Shown: positions 36,957 to 46,630 of the stretch, one piece after another
Numbering within the stretch: the stretch's first letter is position 1
Layout of the letters: each line of letters begins with the position of its first letter
IMG/VR virus record: IMGVR_UViG_2627854069_000003
DNA: 64,000 nucleotides
Source of the DNA: a virus
Lineage: Duplodnaviria > Heunggongvirae > Uroviricota > Caudoviricetes
Strand: one strand, 5' to 3'
Notes under the pieces: generated by a model
Databases searched by the model: none
What the model was told of the DNA's origin: nothing
Seen by the model: the letters and a program-made list of their open reading frames with translations, nothing else
Position numbers and translations under genes: made by a program

Positions 36957-37310
36957 TTACATGCACCTAGCCCGGGCGCGCGCCTCGTCGGCAGTCTTCG
37001 CCTTGTGGCAGTCGTCACACAGCAGTCTCAGGTTCTCATCGTCGTTGCTGCCGCCCTGTTCGAGTGGCACATCGTGGTCAACCTGATCGCGCCACGACAT
37101 CCATGCACAGCCGCATCGCTGACACTTGAACTGCTGGGCAATGGCGATGCGCTCGCGCGTCTGCATCCAACTCCGACCACGAATGCGCGGCGTTGAGCCA
37201 GCCTTCGCCTCAAGCGTCGGCACGCGCATCGGAGCCGTCACTTGAATGCGAGGCTTCAGCGTCTGGAGCTTCGGTCTACTCACCCTCGCCCCCAGCGACG
37301 AGCGCGCCAT
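36957..37310 (-). CDS. HNH endonuclease (terminase-associated)
   Basis: CQRCG...DHDVPLEQGG...CDDCH zinc/HNH motifs; directly upstream of the terminase genes. Confidence 0.8.
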   Translation of the reverse strand: MARSSLGARVSRPKLQTLKPRIQVTAPMRVPTLEAKAGSTPRIRGRSWMQTRERIAIAQQFKCQRCGCAWMSWRDQVDHDVPLEQGGSNDDENLRLLCDDCHKAKTADEARARARCM

Positions 37311-37362
37311 ACCCCCGGTGCTTGCGTGGTTTCATCGGGCGTCGAACCATTTCTCAACCTCC

Positions 37363-37399
37363 GCTAACTTTATTTGCATACATGTTAGCAATCTGCTAA
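37363..37399. promoter_or_regulatory. operator palindromes of the TA promoter (GCTAAC/GTTAGC repeats; TTAGCAatcTGCTAA)
   Basis: Three GCTAAC/GTTAGC hexamers within 40 bp, 10 bp upstream of the toxin ATG. Confidence 0.4.
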
Positions 37400-37408
37400 C
37401 ATACGTTC

Positions 37409-37666
37409 ATGCACTCAATCGAATTCACCAAACAAGCCGCCCAAGCCCTCAAGGCAATGCCGCGCAACATTTCGGCGACGATTCGGGCAAAGATCGATGC
37501 ACTGGCTGCCGATCCCTACGCACCGAATCCGAACGCAAAGAAGCTGGCAGGCCAACCCGGCTACCGGCTCCGAGTTGGCGATTGGCGTGTGTTGTACGAA
37601 ATCGAAGATGGCCGCGTCGTGATCGTTGTGCTGGCCGTCAAACCCCGTGGAGGTGCCTACAAATGA
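37409..37666 (+). CDS. RelE/ParE-family toxin (toxin-upstream, HigB-like arrangement)
   Basis: 85 aa ...GYRLRVGDWRVLYEIEDGRVVIVVLAVKPRG. Confidence 0.85.
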   Translation: MHSIEFTKQAAQALKAMPRNISATIRAKIDALAADPYAPNPNAKKLAGQPGYRLRVGDWRVLYEIEDGRVVIVVLAVKPRGGAYK

Positions 37667-38058
37667 CCGAAGTTCAATTTATCGAGCAGGACGGCCACCG
37701 GGCCTTTGCCGTGGTCCCCATCGAACTGTGGGACCGCGTGAAGGACCTGATCGAAGATCTCGAAGATGAAGCGCTCTACGCGCAGGCCAAGGCAAGCGAC
37801 GACGGCCGCCGCATCCCGGCCGCCGTGCTCGATGCCGAACTGGCGGGCGATCACCCTGTTCGTGCCTGGCGCAATCATCTGCGCATGACGCAAGACGCAC
37901 TCGCGACAGCGGCTGGGATCAGCAAGCCGTATCTCAGCCAGATCGAAACCCGTCAGCGCGTCGGCACTACTGACGTGCTATCCAAAATCGCAAGCGCGCT
38001 TTCTGTACCCGTCGACGACTTGATCGAACCACCGGCCGGCCAGCCCGAGCAGCCGTGA
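37663..38058 (+). CDS. antitoxin with C-terminal XRE-type HTH
   Basis: ATGA overlap with toxin stop; HTH LRMTQDALATAAGISKPYLSQIETRQR. Confidence 0.75.
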   Translation: MTEVQFIEQDGHRAFAVVPIELWDRVKDLIEDLEDEALYAQAKASDDGRRIPAAVLDAELAGDHPVRAWRNHLRMTQDALATAAGISKPYLSQIETRQRVGTTDVLSKIASALSVPVDDLIEPPAGQPEQP

Positions 38059-38091
38059 CGCGACGTATCGCGCACGGCTCTTCATCGCGTA

Positions 38092-38571
38092 TCACGGAGC
38101 CGTCAGCATAGGAATCAGCCGCACCCGACGCGAATATGCTGACTCCGACTTGCCTTCGAGAACCGAGTCGGCGCCGTAAAGCGCACCGTCGATCACCGCT
38201 CGCACGGAGATATGCGCTCGCCCGTATTTTGTCAACGTGCCGAGACGCGGGATTGTCACCACCGCCGTCGGCTCTTTCTCTTCCTCTCCGATCCGAACGG
38301 AACCATCGGATGCGATGAACCATCCGAGGCCAGCGATGTACGTCGTGCCATCCGCCGCGACCTGCGTGCGGAGCGTGGGCCGCGCAGCATTGTGCATCTT
38401 TTCCAGCGCGCTTTCGCCCCACCATGACTCCGTCGCTCGTCCGTCGCCAGCCTTGTACCGGACGAGGTAGCCGTTCTCAGCATTCGCATACTCTGCCCGA
38501 CCGATCACGTCGCCGAGTTCGCCGCTCGCCTTGATGCGAAGCACGTCGTTGATCGAAAACTTGAAGTTCAT
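38092..38571 (-). CDS. hypothetical protein
   Basis: 159 aa, AAGGGAGAAG RBS upstream. Confidence 0.5.
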   Translation of the reverse strand: MNFKFSINDVLRIKASGELGDVIGRAEYANAENGYLVRYKAGDGRATESWWGESALEKMHNAARPTLRTQVAADGTTYIAGLGWFIASDGSVRIGEEEKEPTAVVTIPRLGTLTKYGRAHISVRAVIDGALYGADSVLEGKSESAYSRRVRLIPMLTAP

Positions 38572-39054
38572 TGTGGCTTCTCCCTTATGTGCTGCGGCGA
38601 CCGAATCGCTTCGGATCGTAGTAGGCGCTGCATGCGGCTTGACTAGGTCGCGCTTATCGTCGGTCAGCGTAGTGCAGTCGCATAAATGCGATCATCGACA
38701 CGACTGCGCGCACCCAGCGCGGGCGGCGACGAAACGCCATAACAGCCATATGAACTCCGGGCGCGTAAACGAAAAAACCCGCGAGGCCTTCACCTAGCGG
38801 GATGTCCAGCATCATTACCGATAGCCACATTGCAACGTCCGCCGCGATCATGGGGCCGTATGGTCTGCAAAGTCAGAGCCAGTTATGGGCCCGGTTCCGT
38901 TGCATCGGCTGTACGCCCCCTTTGATTAGCATGTCTCGATGCACTACTCTTTCTCAGAGACCAATCGCTTTTCGCACAATAACTGCTCACGACTCTACAT
39001 GTTGCGCACCATACATCTGCGCTGGCGTCTCGGCTAGTACACGGGGAAGCTGAA

Positions 39055-39390
39055 ATGCGAATCAAATACTGTGGTGCAATCGCGCTACTGGTATCAATGA
39101 CAGCAGCGCCACAACAGGCACCCGCCGACAGAGCAATCGATAAATCCGATAGCTTTCAAACGCACTTCAACTGGACTGGGAAAAACGATAATTCTGGCTT
39201 TAAGGGCTCCGAGTTTGGCAGCACAAAAGTACCGGCCCAAGCACCTAGCCTAGCGGGAGATGGCAGACCCACAATTGTTTGCAATGATGCCGCGCTGAAG
39301 AATCGAATCTCGGATTTGGAGAAGTACGTGCAACTTCTCCAAGCAAAAATCACGATCCTCGAAAGCTCCACGAAAGAAAATGGCAAGTGA
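39055..39390 (+). CDS. secreted hypothetical protein (signal peptide)
   Basis: MRIKYCGAIALLVSMTAAPQQAPA signal; AT-rich moron. Confidence 0.5.
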   Translation: MRIKYCGAIALLVSMTAAPQQAPADRAIDKSDSFQTHFNWTGKNDNSGFKGSEFGSTKVPAQAPSLAGDGRPTIVCNDAALKNRISDLEKYVQLLQAKITILESSTKENGK

Positions 39391-39790
39391 CTCCTCGCAA
39401 GCCTTGGCAGAAGTCAACAAAGCGATCGCGTCGCAAGCCGCGGCGGTCGACGCTTCAAGTGGCGTTGCAGCCCAAGGCTCTCAACTAGTCGTCCAAGAAA
39501 CCAGTTGGTGGTCTGTCGAAAACGCAATGACGATTAGCGCCGTAGTGCTCGCGTTCGGCTTGGTGACAATCGGAATCGCGGCGTGGTTGATACTCCGACG
39601 CATACCGCACAATGCTGTCCTGCGCGTTCTGGGAACTGTGCTCATCCTTGTGTTTGCCGTCTTCCTAGTCGTCGCTGGGTACAGCGATAAGCAGATCGCG
39701 TCGGTTCTTGGCCTCTTGGGTACGGTCGCCGGCTACTTGCTCGGGAAAAGTGAGAACTCCAATCCGCCCGAGCGCAAAGATCAAACGTAA
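39380..39790 (+). CDS. membrane protein (about 3 TM)
   Basis: Overlaps upstream gene by 11 nt; TM segments AVVLAFGLVTIGIAAWLIL and VLGTVLILVFAVFLVVAGY. Confidence 0.5.
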   Translation: MASDSSQALAEVNKAIASQAAAVDASSGVAAQGSQLVVQETSWWSVENAMTISAVVLAFGLVTIGIAAWLILRRIPHNAVLRVLGTVLILVFAVFLVVAGYSDKQIASVLGLLGTVAGYLLGKSENSNPPERKDQT

Positions 39791-39916
39791 TTTGAAACAT
39801 ATGCCACCGAGGCAAACAAAAAGCCCCGCTCGGCGAACCGGCGGGGCTTCTCGCATGCAACTTGTGCAGTATGGCGGAAATCATATACTGCTGTAACAGG
39901 AGCGTCAAGTAGGTAT

Positions 39917-40477
39917 GTGGCACGCCCGCGCGGTTCAGTGGAGAACTGGGGAATGGCGGCGAACGCGAAGGTCAGCAACGAAAAGAAGAACCTCAACCGG
40001 CTGGCAGGCGAGTTTCTGGTCGCCTCACGCCTGACTCAGCGTGGCTACATGGTGGCACTGCAATGGGGTACGACTATCGGCTACGACGTTCTCGTGTTCG
40101 ACAAGAGCGGCAACTCGGCCTTCCTTGAAATCAAATCGTCCGCGTCAAACTCTCGCCGCTGGCTGCTCCAACAGAAATACGCGAACCCGCGCGCGGACAA
40201 GATACCAGCGAACCGCCGATTTGTTTGCTGTGTAGATCTGGCAATCAAGGGCAAAGAGCCGGATGTCTACGTGTTCCCCGCAACGGTCGTAGCGGATGGG
40301 TTGCACTACTTCTTCGCCAGCAAATTCCCAAACAGCCCCAGTTATCACTTGTCACTCGACTTCAAGCCGCAATACCGCACGAAGGAGGACGGGGTGTTGA
40401 CGGTCGGGCAACACATCGAGGCCGAGACATTCTTGGAAAACTATGCCGTGATCGGAATCGAGACCGTCACGGGATAG
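39917..40477 (+). CDS. PD-(D/E)XK / Hjc-like restriction-endonuclease-fold protein
   Basis: E...D...E-x-K pattern: LAGEFLVASRL..., GYDVLVFDK..., AFLEIKSS. Confidence 0.5.
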   Translation: MARPRGSVENWGMAANAKVSNEKKNLNRLAGEFLVASRLTQRGYMVALQWGTTIGYDVLVFDKSGNSAFLEIKSSASNSRRWLLQQKYANPRADKIPANRRFVCCVDLAIKGKEPDVYVFPATVVADGLHYFFASKFPNSPSYHLSLDFKPQYRTKEDGVLTVGQHIEAETFLENYAVIGIETVTG

Positions 40478-40589
40478 AACGCCACCGGACAACCGGATGC
40501 CCTGACATTTCACTCGACTCACTCGCGATTCGCTGTCGGTCCCGATAGTCACGAACGCCGATATCGACCATGAACGGTCAATCGACTTC

Positions 40590-40811
40590 TTGATGGGAAT
40601 CGTTGACATACGAGTGGCCGATACCTCGACAGGCCGAGCTATGTATCTACTGTATTGCGATGAGACGAACTTTCAGAAGCTCTCGGGTGACTTCTTCGTC
40701 TACGGAGGAATCATTATTGATGGCGCGAAGGCAGGCAAGTACCGTGAGAAATACTTGGCCTTGCGCGACTTCTTGCAGGCTCAAGGCATCGAGATTGAGC
40801 AGGTCTTGTAG
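40590..40811 (+). CDS. small hypothetical protein (possibly a truncated DUF3800-like N-terminus)
   Basis: MYLLYCDETNF... motif; only 73 aa. Confidence 0.3.
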   Translation: MMGIVDIRVADTSTGRAMYLLYCDETNFQKLSGDFFVYGGIIIDGAKAGKYREKYLALRDFLQAQGIEIEQVL

Positions 40812-41188
40812 ATCAAATATGGGTATCCCCGCACGCATAGATCGCAAGGCGGCATGGCCTTCGCGCCTCGCAGCCCTCTCCGAGAACGTCACGCCGTGGC
40901 GATACAACGGCAACGTTCTGGCTACGGATCTTTGACTTTGAGTGACTCCAATGGGGTGGATCAAATGTCGTTTGTGGATCGATCTTCGCCGCTCGGAAGT
41001 CTAACAGGGGTCGGAACCTTCGCACGAAGACTGCGGCCGGAAGCGGCCATTAATGTTCCTCCCCGACGACGCGGTGGGTGTCCGCCCTGAGACGCATAGC
41101 GGACATTTACGAAGTGTGGTGGAGATTCATGGTAGTGCCGTGTTGGCCGATGTATGCTATTGGTCCACGGATTCACGCTCAAACAACA

Positions 41189-43207
41189 ATGATTACCGAT
41201 CGCGACATCGAAGCTTTTATCGAATGCGCAGACAAAGCGTCTCAATCGCCGCTGGAGCTGAATGGCGAAGCCTGTGACGATATCCAGGCGCGTGTACATG
41301 CAACCGTTTGTCCTGGCGAACGTTCTATGAATGACATGCAGGCTCTAGGACGTACATTATTTCGCCGCGCCCAACTCCAACCCGGGCTTCATGCCTACGC
41401 GACTTATGCTCGGCATCTAACGCGCTTCACATCGAGCGAAAAGACCTTTTGTGACTTCAGCGAAATTGACCGTTGGCGAGAGGCAATTCAATATCTAGAT
41501 CTTCTTCAGCGCCTGCAAGGTTCGTTGTTTGATCCAAATCGCACCGTTGACATGGAACGCGATATCGCAGTTACCTCCGCCATTGCGCGACTGCAGCAGG
41601 AAGGATATCGGTTTTCACCGAAAGATGAGCGAATCGATTTTATGGAGGGCGAGCTGGACCGTTGCGCACAGGACCTATTCGATGATTTCCGCAAAGTGGA
41701 TGGATTTAGAATATCCTATCTTCTGTTACGTCATCTTCAGAAAAACAATCGATTTAAAGGCGGGCGCTATCTAACAGGACGTATCTCTCGACCACTTGCC
41801 GAGGCAAACCCAAAACCCGCCCCGCCCCTTGGCTATCTGCTGAACCTTGCTGCTGCCAATCTTTCCGTGGAGCGCGTACAGAACTGCACCGATGAGGCAG
41901 TGGGAAAAATCTTTGCGAAAGCGGCCGATATAGTTGCGGCACTTGATGTCGAAACCTACAATCCGTATGCACATATGTACCGATCGCATGATCGCCTACC
42001 CATTTATCTTCGGGAGATGTTCATCGCGGATCACGCGCTAGCGTTTCGGCAGATCAGCCCAACGGACGCCTTAGAGATGATGAGCGGTCTCTTTGACTGG
42101 GTCAATAACGATACCGTTCGTTCGAAGATGGGATGGTCCCTTGAAGATCTATTCGCATTGATGCGATGGCTCTTTGCCTATGTCTCGCCTGAAGCGATTA
42201 ATGCCACGCTCAGTAGAGAAATCTTGGGGCGCTCTGGAATTCCCGAGGATCGATTGCAAAAATTGTTGGAATGCATATCGCACAATCCGTCGAGTATAAA
42301 TAGTGAATATCGCACGCCCGATGCGACGAAGGCGAACATGAGCACAAAACCATTGATTGCCACCTCAGACGGCCGCTATTTCCTGTTTTCGCTTTCCATA
42401 AGTGCTATCGGATTCTACGAGGTTGCTGCCGCGACATTGCGGAGTGTATTCGGATCACGCGCAGATCAAGACCTTGGGGATGCAATTGAACCCTACGTTG
42501 CAAGAATGTTCGAGAGTCGCGGAATCAAACCCTCTGTGCTGTCTAGGAAGTACAGTATGAACGGAGTAAGAGGTGAATGCGATCTCATCATCGAAGCAGA
42601 TCGAGCGATTCTGCTCATCGAGTTAAAGAAGAAATCAATGACGCGTGCGGCACAAGCCGGCGATTCATACGGCGGTTTTTTTGATCTCTTCGGAGGAGTG
42701 TTTAGTGCGCAGGAACAATTGGGGCAACATGAGCTTTTGCTGCGGCAATACGGCTACCTTGAATTTGAGAATGGAACGCAGGTAAGGCTGAACAATCGCA
42801 GTGTTGAGCGATTGGCGGTGACGCTTCTAGACTGGGGCGGAACACAGGACGGCATGGTACTCAGGAGCATTGCGCCGGTCTTGATCGGATCATCGCTTAA
42901 CTACCCGAATGCGACCGAGGATCAAATCAAACAGCTTGCGAAGGTAAACAGAACGTTAAGTGTGCTCGGCATGCAACAGGTCGAGTTGCTGAAACTTGGG
43001 GTTGAGCCTCGGGATTTGCATACAAATTGGTCGTTCATGAGCGTACCGCAACTCATGGCGCTTTTGAACGGCGTGCACAATGCAGACACCTTCTATAACG
43101 CATTGCGGAACGTCCGATCAGTCCACACTGGCTCGCTGGACTTCTACCAGGAGCTTGCGTGGTGGCCCGACACCGCGCGCGCCGCGTGGACAAGAAAGAG
43201 CATGTGA
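41189..43207 (+). CDS. large hypothetical protein with C-terminal PD-(D/E)XK nuclease motif (Shedu/DUF4263-like?) - candidate defence protein
   Basis: 672 aa; GECDLIIEADRAILLIELKKK (D-x13-E-x-K); AT-rich relative to the prophage backbone. Confidence 0.6.
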   Translation: MITDRDIEAFIECADKASQSPLELNGEACDDIQARVHATVCPGERSMNDMQALGRTLFRRAQLQPGLHAYATYARHLTRFTSSEKTFCDFSEIDRWREAIQYLDLLQRLQGSLFDPNRTVDMERDIAVTSAIARLQQEGYRFSPKDERIDFMEGELDRCAQDLFDDFRKVDGFRISYLLLRHLQKNNRFKGGRYLTGRISRPLAEANPKPAPPLGYLLNLAAANLSVERVQNCTDEAVGKIFAKAADIVAALDVETYNPYAHMYRSHDRLPIYLREMFIADHALAFRQISPTDALEMMSGLFDWVNNDTVRSKMGWSLEDLFALMRWLFAYVSPEAINATLSREILGRSGIPEDRLQKLLECISHNPSSINSEYRTPDATKANMSTKPLIATSDGRYFLFSLSISAIGFYEVAAATLRSVFGSRADQDLGDAIEPYVARMFESRGIKPSVLSRKYSMNGVRGECDLIIEADRAILLIELKKKSMTRAAQAGDSYGGFFDLFGGVFSAQEQLGQHELLLRQYGYLEFENGTQVRLNNRSVERLAVTLLDWGGTQDGMVLRSIAPVLIGSSLNYPNATEDQIKQLAKVNRTLSVLGMQQVELLKLGVEPRDLHTNWSFMSVPQLMALLNGVHNADTFYNALRNVRSVHTGSLDFYQELAWWPDTARAAWTRKSM

Positions 43208-43476
43208 AGATGCCATCTGCAAGCGCTGGAACCCTACGCGACAACATCTTTGAATGACCGCGTGACGGGACGATGGTCCGCACACGATGCGAAAACCGAG
43301 TGGGCCAGCGATTGGCACAGAGACCTTAGAAAGTGAGTAGTGAAGCGGTCGACAGATGCATGAAAAATAGCAACGGTCACGCGGATTGTTCCTTTTGTCC
43401 GTCCGGTCTCGCACACTTATCAAATTACGTCGAGAGCGTGCCGATAGGCTCTTTTGGGTCGGTAACGGTCGAAACA

Positions 43477-44846
43477 GAGCCTGTCAGAATTTTAGTGTAC
43501 CGAGGTCATGAGACGATAACGGAAATTACATCCTATGACCGAAGCAACCGTGACCAAGAAGAGCAAGAACCCGAAAGCGTCGAAGCTGTTTCCCGATGAG
43601 CTGATCGATCAATTGCTTGCCCAGGTTCAGGGCAAGGATGCCGAGTCGATCCTGGGTGAATCGGGGCTGGCCGGTCAGCTCAAGAAGCAACTGGCCGAAC
43701 GCATGCTCGCGGCCGAGTTGAGCCATCATCTGGAGGCCGAGACCGAGCAAGGCAAGGCTGGCAATTACCGCAACGGCACGAGCCCCAAGACGGTCCTCAC
43801 GCCCAACGGCGAACTGAAGCTAGATATTCCACGCGACCGGCAGGCGACGTTCGAGCCGCAATTGGTGGGCAAGTATCAACGCCGGCTGCCCGGTTTCGAC
43901 GATCATGTCATCAGCATGTATGCGCGCGGCATGAGCGTTCGCGAGATTCAGGGCCATCTGCTGGAACTGTACGGACTGCAGGTGTCGCCCGACCTGATTT
44001 CGACGGTCACCGACGAGGTGCTGGCCGACGTCGAGCAGTGGCAGCAACGCCCGCTCGAGGCTATGTATCCGATCGTGTACTTCGACGCTCTGCGGCTAAA
44101 GATTCGCGACGAAGGCACGGTCAAGAACAAGGCGGTGTATCTGGCGCTAGGCATCCGTGCCGACGGCCGCAAGGAAGTGCTGGGTCTGTGGATCGAGCAA
44201 ACCGAAGGCGCCAAGTTCTGGCTGAAGGTCTTCAACGAGCTGAAGAATCGCGGCTTGCACGACATCCTGATCGCGGTGGTCGACGGCTTGCGCGGCTTCC
44301 CCGAAGCGATCGAGGCGGTCTATCCGGCCGCCCAAATCCAGACCTGCATCGTGCATCTGATCCGCAATTCGCTGAATCTGGCGAGTTGGAAGGACCGCAA
44401 GCCGCTGGCCGCCGCGATCAAGCCGATCTACCAGGCCGCCACGGCCGAGGCGGCGGCAGGGGCACTGGATGCCTTTGCGCAAAGCGAGTGGGGCCGCAAA
44501 TTCCCTACCGTCGCGGCCATGTGGCAGCGCCAATGGGAACAGGTGATTCCCTTCTTCGCCTATCCGCCCGAGGTGCGTCGAATCGTATATACGACAAACG
44601 CCATCGAGAGCATGCACATGCAGTTGCGCAAGATCGTCAAGAATCGCGGCCACTTCCCAAGCGACGAAGCCGCCAGCAAATTGCTGTATCTGGCCTTGCG
44701 CAACATCGAAAAGGACTGGAAGATGCCGCCTATCACTTGGCGGCAAGCCATCAATCAGTTCGCCATTCTGTTCGGCGAGCGATTCACCGCCGCCATCAGC
44801 TGAGATTTTTAACCGACCTCGGCACACGAAATTCCTGACACGTCCT
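43477..44846 (+). mobile_element. IS256-family insertion sequence with 8-bp target-site duplication
   Basis: IRs GAGCCTGTCAGAATTTTAGTG / rc GAGGACGTGTCAGGAATTTCGTG; flanking direct repeat (T)CGAAACA. Confidence 0.8.
43535..44803 (+). CDS. IS256-family transposase
   Basis: 422 aa with DDE motifs of the IS256 family (…YLALGIRADG…, …DGLRGFPEAIE…). Confidence 0.9.
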   Translation: MTEATVTKKSKNPKASKLFPDELIDQLLAQVQGKDAESILGESGLAGQLKKQLAERMLAAELSHHLEAETEQGKAGNYRNGTSPKTVLTPNGELKLDIPRDRQATFEPQLVGKYQRRLPGFDDHVISMYARGMSVREIQGHLLELYGLQVSPDLISTVTDEVLADVEQWQQRPLEAMYPIVYFDALRLKIRDEGTVKNKAVYLALGIRADGRKEVLGLWIEQTEGAKFWLKVFNELKNRGLHDILIAVVDGLRGFPEAIEAVYPAAQIQTCIVHLIRNSLNLASWKDRKPLAAAIKPIYQAATAEAAAGALDAFAQSEWGRKFPTVAAMWQRQWEQVIPFFAYPPEVRRIVYTTNAIESMHMQLRKIVKNRGHFPSDEAASKLLYLALRNIEKDWKMPPITWRQAINQFAILFGERFTAAIS

Positions 44847-44947
44847 CGAAACACGATTCACTACTCTTGAAGTGACGCCGACCGCAGCGCCCTCCTGCGC
44901 AACACTGGCACTGAAACGTCGCATCGGCGGCCCACCGAAAGCGCGTT

Positions 44948-45607
44948 TCACGCGGATTCCGCTATACCGCTTATCAGCCCTGTCTCTTCAAAGTATGCCG
45001 TAAGCCGCCCCACCGCTAGCGCCTCCACTTCTCGCAAGCGCTGCTCAATCTTTTGATATGCGCGCTTGTACGTCATATGGCTCGCGCCGAAGCTGCGCTC
45101 AAGATCGCGGAAACTGATCGTCGCCCTCGCGTGATTCGCATACAGCCGAGCGAGCAGGCAGTCGAGCGCGAGGTTCGAAATGCCGGGGAAAGACGGTTCC
45201 AGCCAACGCGAAAGTCTCTGGATCGCCTCAGCGCGCTCGGCGAGGAAGTAGAAGCGTTTCACGCCGTCGGCGTCCCGCGTATCTCCCATCTGCCCGAAAC
45301 GCGCGATCACCGCCCATTTCTCGACGTCCATCAGCTTCGTGCGGACCGCGCTCACCACGGCGGCGCATTGCGCCCGCACTTCCGCCATGTCGAGCCCACT
45401 GAAATTCACGGTCGATTCGGCGGCCGAACCGGTCAGTTGCCCGAGCCACTTGCGCTGATCTTCCGACAGTTCGGGCTCGAGCTCCATTGCCCGAATGAGC
45501 GCCGTTCGGAGCACGTTCTTCGCGCGTGGCTCGCTCGCCAGAATCAGAAACGACACGTGCAGCGCTTGGCGAGTGCTGTCGAAAATGAAATCCATTTGTT
45601 GTCTCAT
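44948..45607 (-). CDS. hypothetical phage early protein
   Basis: 219 aa. Confidence 0.45.
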   Translation of the reverse strand: MRQQMDFIFDSTRQALHVSFLILASEPRAKNVLRTALIRAMELEPELSEDQRKWLGQLTGSAAESTVNFSGLDMAEVRAQCAAVVSAVRTKLMDVEKWAVIARFGQMGDTRDADGVKRFYFLAERAEAIQRLSRWLEPSFPGISNLALDCLLARLYANHARATISFRDLERSFGASHMTYKRAYQKIEQRLREVEALAVGRLTAYFEETGLISGIAESA

Positions 45608-45960
45608 GGAAGAACGCGGAACGGGGTACCCCAGTACACCAGCCAGTTGATCAGGACGGTGCGGATCTCCTCGCTTCGAGGAAACCGCATTTCGATTTGG
45701 CCATCTTCGAGCTCGATACCCTCTAGCGGGCAGCCGGGAAACGCGATGAACCGGTTCCCTGTGAGCGCCTCATTTCTCCGCACTGCCATCTTTGCCACCG
45801 GTTCTACGACATCACTCATGTTGAAGTAGAGATAGGCGCTCACGACATCCCCCGCACGTTCCATTCGGCGTCGCCGCTCTCGATGAATGCCCCGAGCACG
45901 CGCGACTTCTTGTTGTCGATCCAGTACGCCCTTGTCCGAAACACGTCCGGCGCGACCCAA
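45604..45960 (-). CDS. hypothetical protein (start uncertain: 45960/45864/45819)
   Basis: Overlapping small ORFs in the early operon. Confidence 0.3.
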   Translation of the reverse strand: MGRAGRVSDKGVLDRQQEVARARGIHRERRRRMERAGDVVSAYLYFNMSDVVEPVAKMAVRRNEALTGNRFIAFPGCPLEGIELEDGQIEMRFPRSEEIRTVLINWLVYWGTPFRVLP

Positions 45961-46223
45961 CGAATGTCGCTCGGCGCGATGTGGGTTCGGTGATGCTCCG
46001 GGATGAACGCGTCGACTTCGACGGTCGCCAGCAATTGGCGCTTGACCGTCACGACGCGCGCAATCCGGTACACGGTCGTGAGCAACGGTCTATGCATTTC
46101 GGCACTGATCGTCGGCCCCATTCCGTGCCGTCGTTTAAAGCAGTGCCGCCCGGCTGGCAACTGCACCGTCAAAATCACTGGCAATTTGCATCTCCCATCT
46201 TTCGAGCCCGCACCGGCTCCCAT
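45840..46223 (-). CDS. hypothetical protein (start uncertain, probably 46121)
   Basis: Small ORF in the early operon. Confidence 0.3.
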   Translation of the reverse strand: MGAGAGSKDGRCKLPVILTVQLPAGRHCFKRRHGMGPTISAEMHRPLLTTVYRIARVVTVKRQLLATVEVDAFIPEHHRTHIAPSDIRWVAPDVFRTRAYWIDNKKSRVLGAFIESGDAEWNVRGMS

Positions 46224-46630
46224 TCCTCATATGCCCGGTCCCACGTTGCGACCTTCTCCACGCGTGGCGCCGGGCCAAAGTCGAGCCAGTAATGACAAGG
46301 TCCGCATCCGGGCACGGTGTACTCGTGCTTCGCCTTGATCCCGGCACCCTTTCCATGCTTCGACTGGTTCGAGTGACAATCGACGACAGATTCATGCGAC
46401 CACCCAATCGAACAGCAGACGCCCGGCACGCGGAGGTAGCATTCCTCGCCGCGGCAAACCGCCAAATACTTCAAGCCCTCGGCAACCGTCACCCTCTTGA
46501 TCCGGCTCACGATCGCCTTCTGACGCTTCAGCGTCGCCGTTCGCGTCAGGCTGCTGAACGGCGAATGCGGCTTCCGCTTGAATCCAGATCGTTTCATTGA
46601 TGCCGGCTGCTTTGCTCGCGTGACGCGCAC
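46175..46630 (-). CDS. DUF1364-family (YbcO-like) Cys-rich phage protein, putative nuclease
   Basis: Cys pattern CRGEECYLRVPGVCC...CH...GCGPCH. Confidence 0.5.
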   Translation of the reverse strand: MRVTRAKQPASMKRSGFKRKPHSPFSSLTRTATLKRQKAIVSRIKRVTVAEGLKYLAVCRGEECYLRVPGVCCSIGWSHESVVDCHSNQSKHGKGAGIKAKHEYTVPGCGPCHYWLDFGPAPRVEKVATWDRAYEEWEPVRARKMGDANCQ

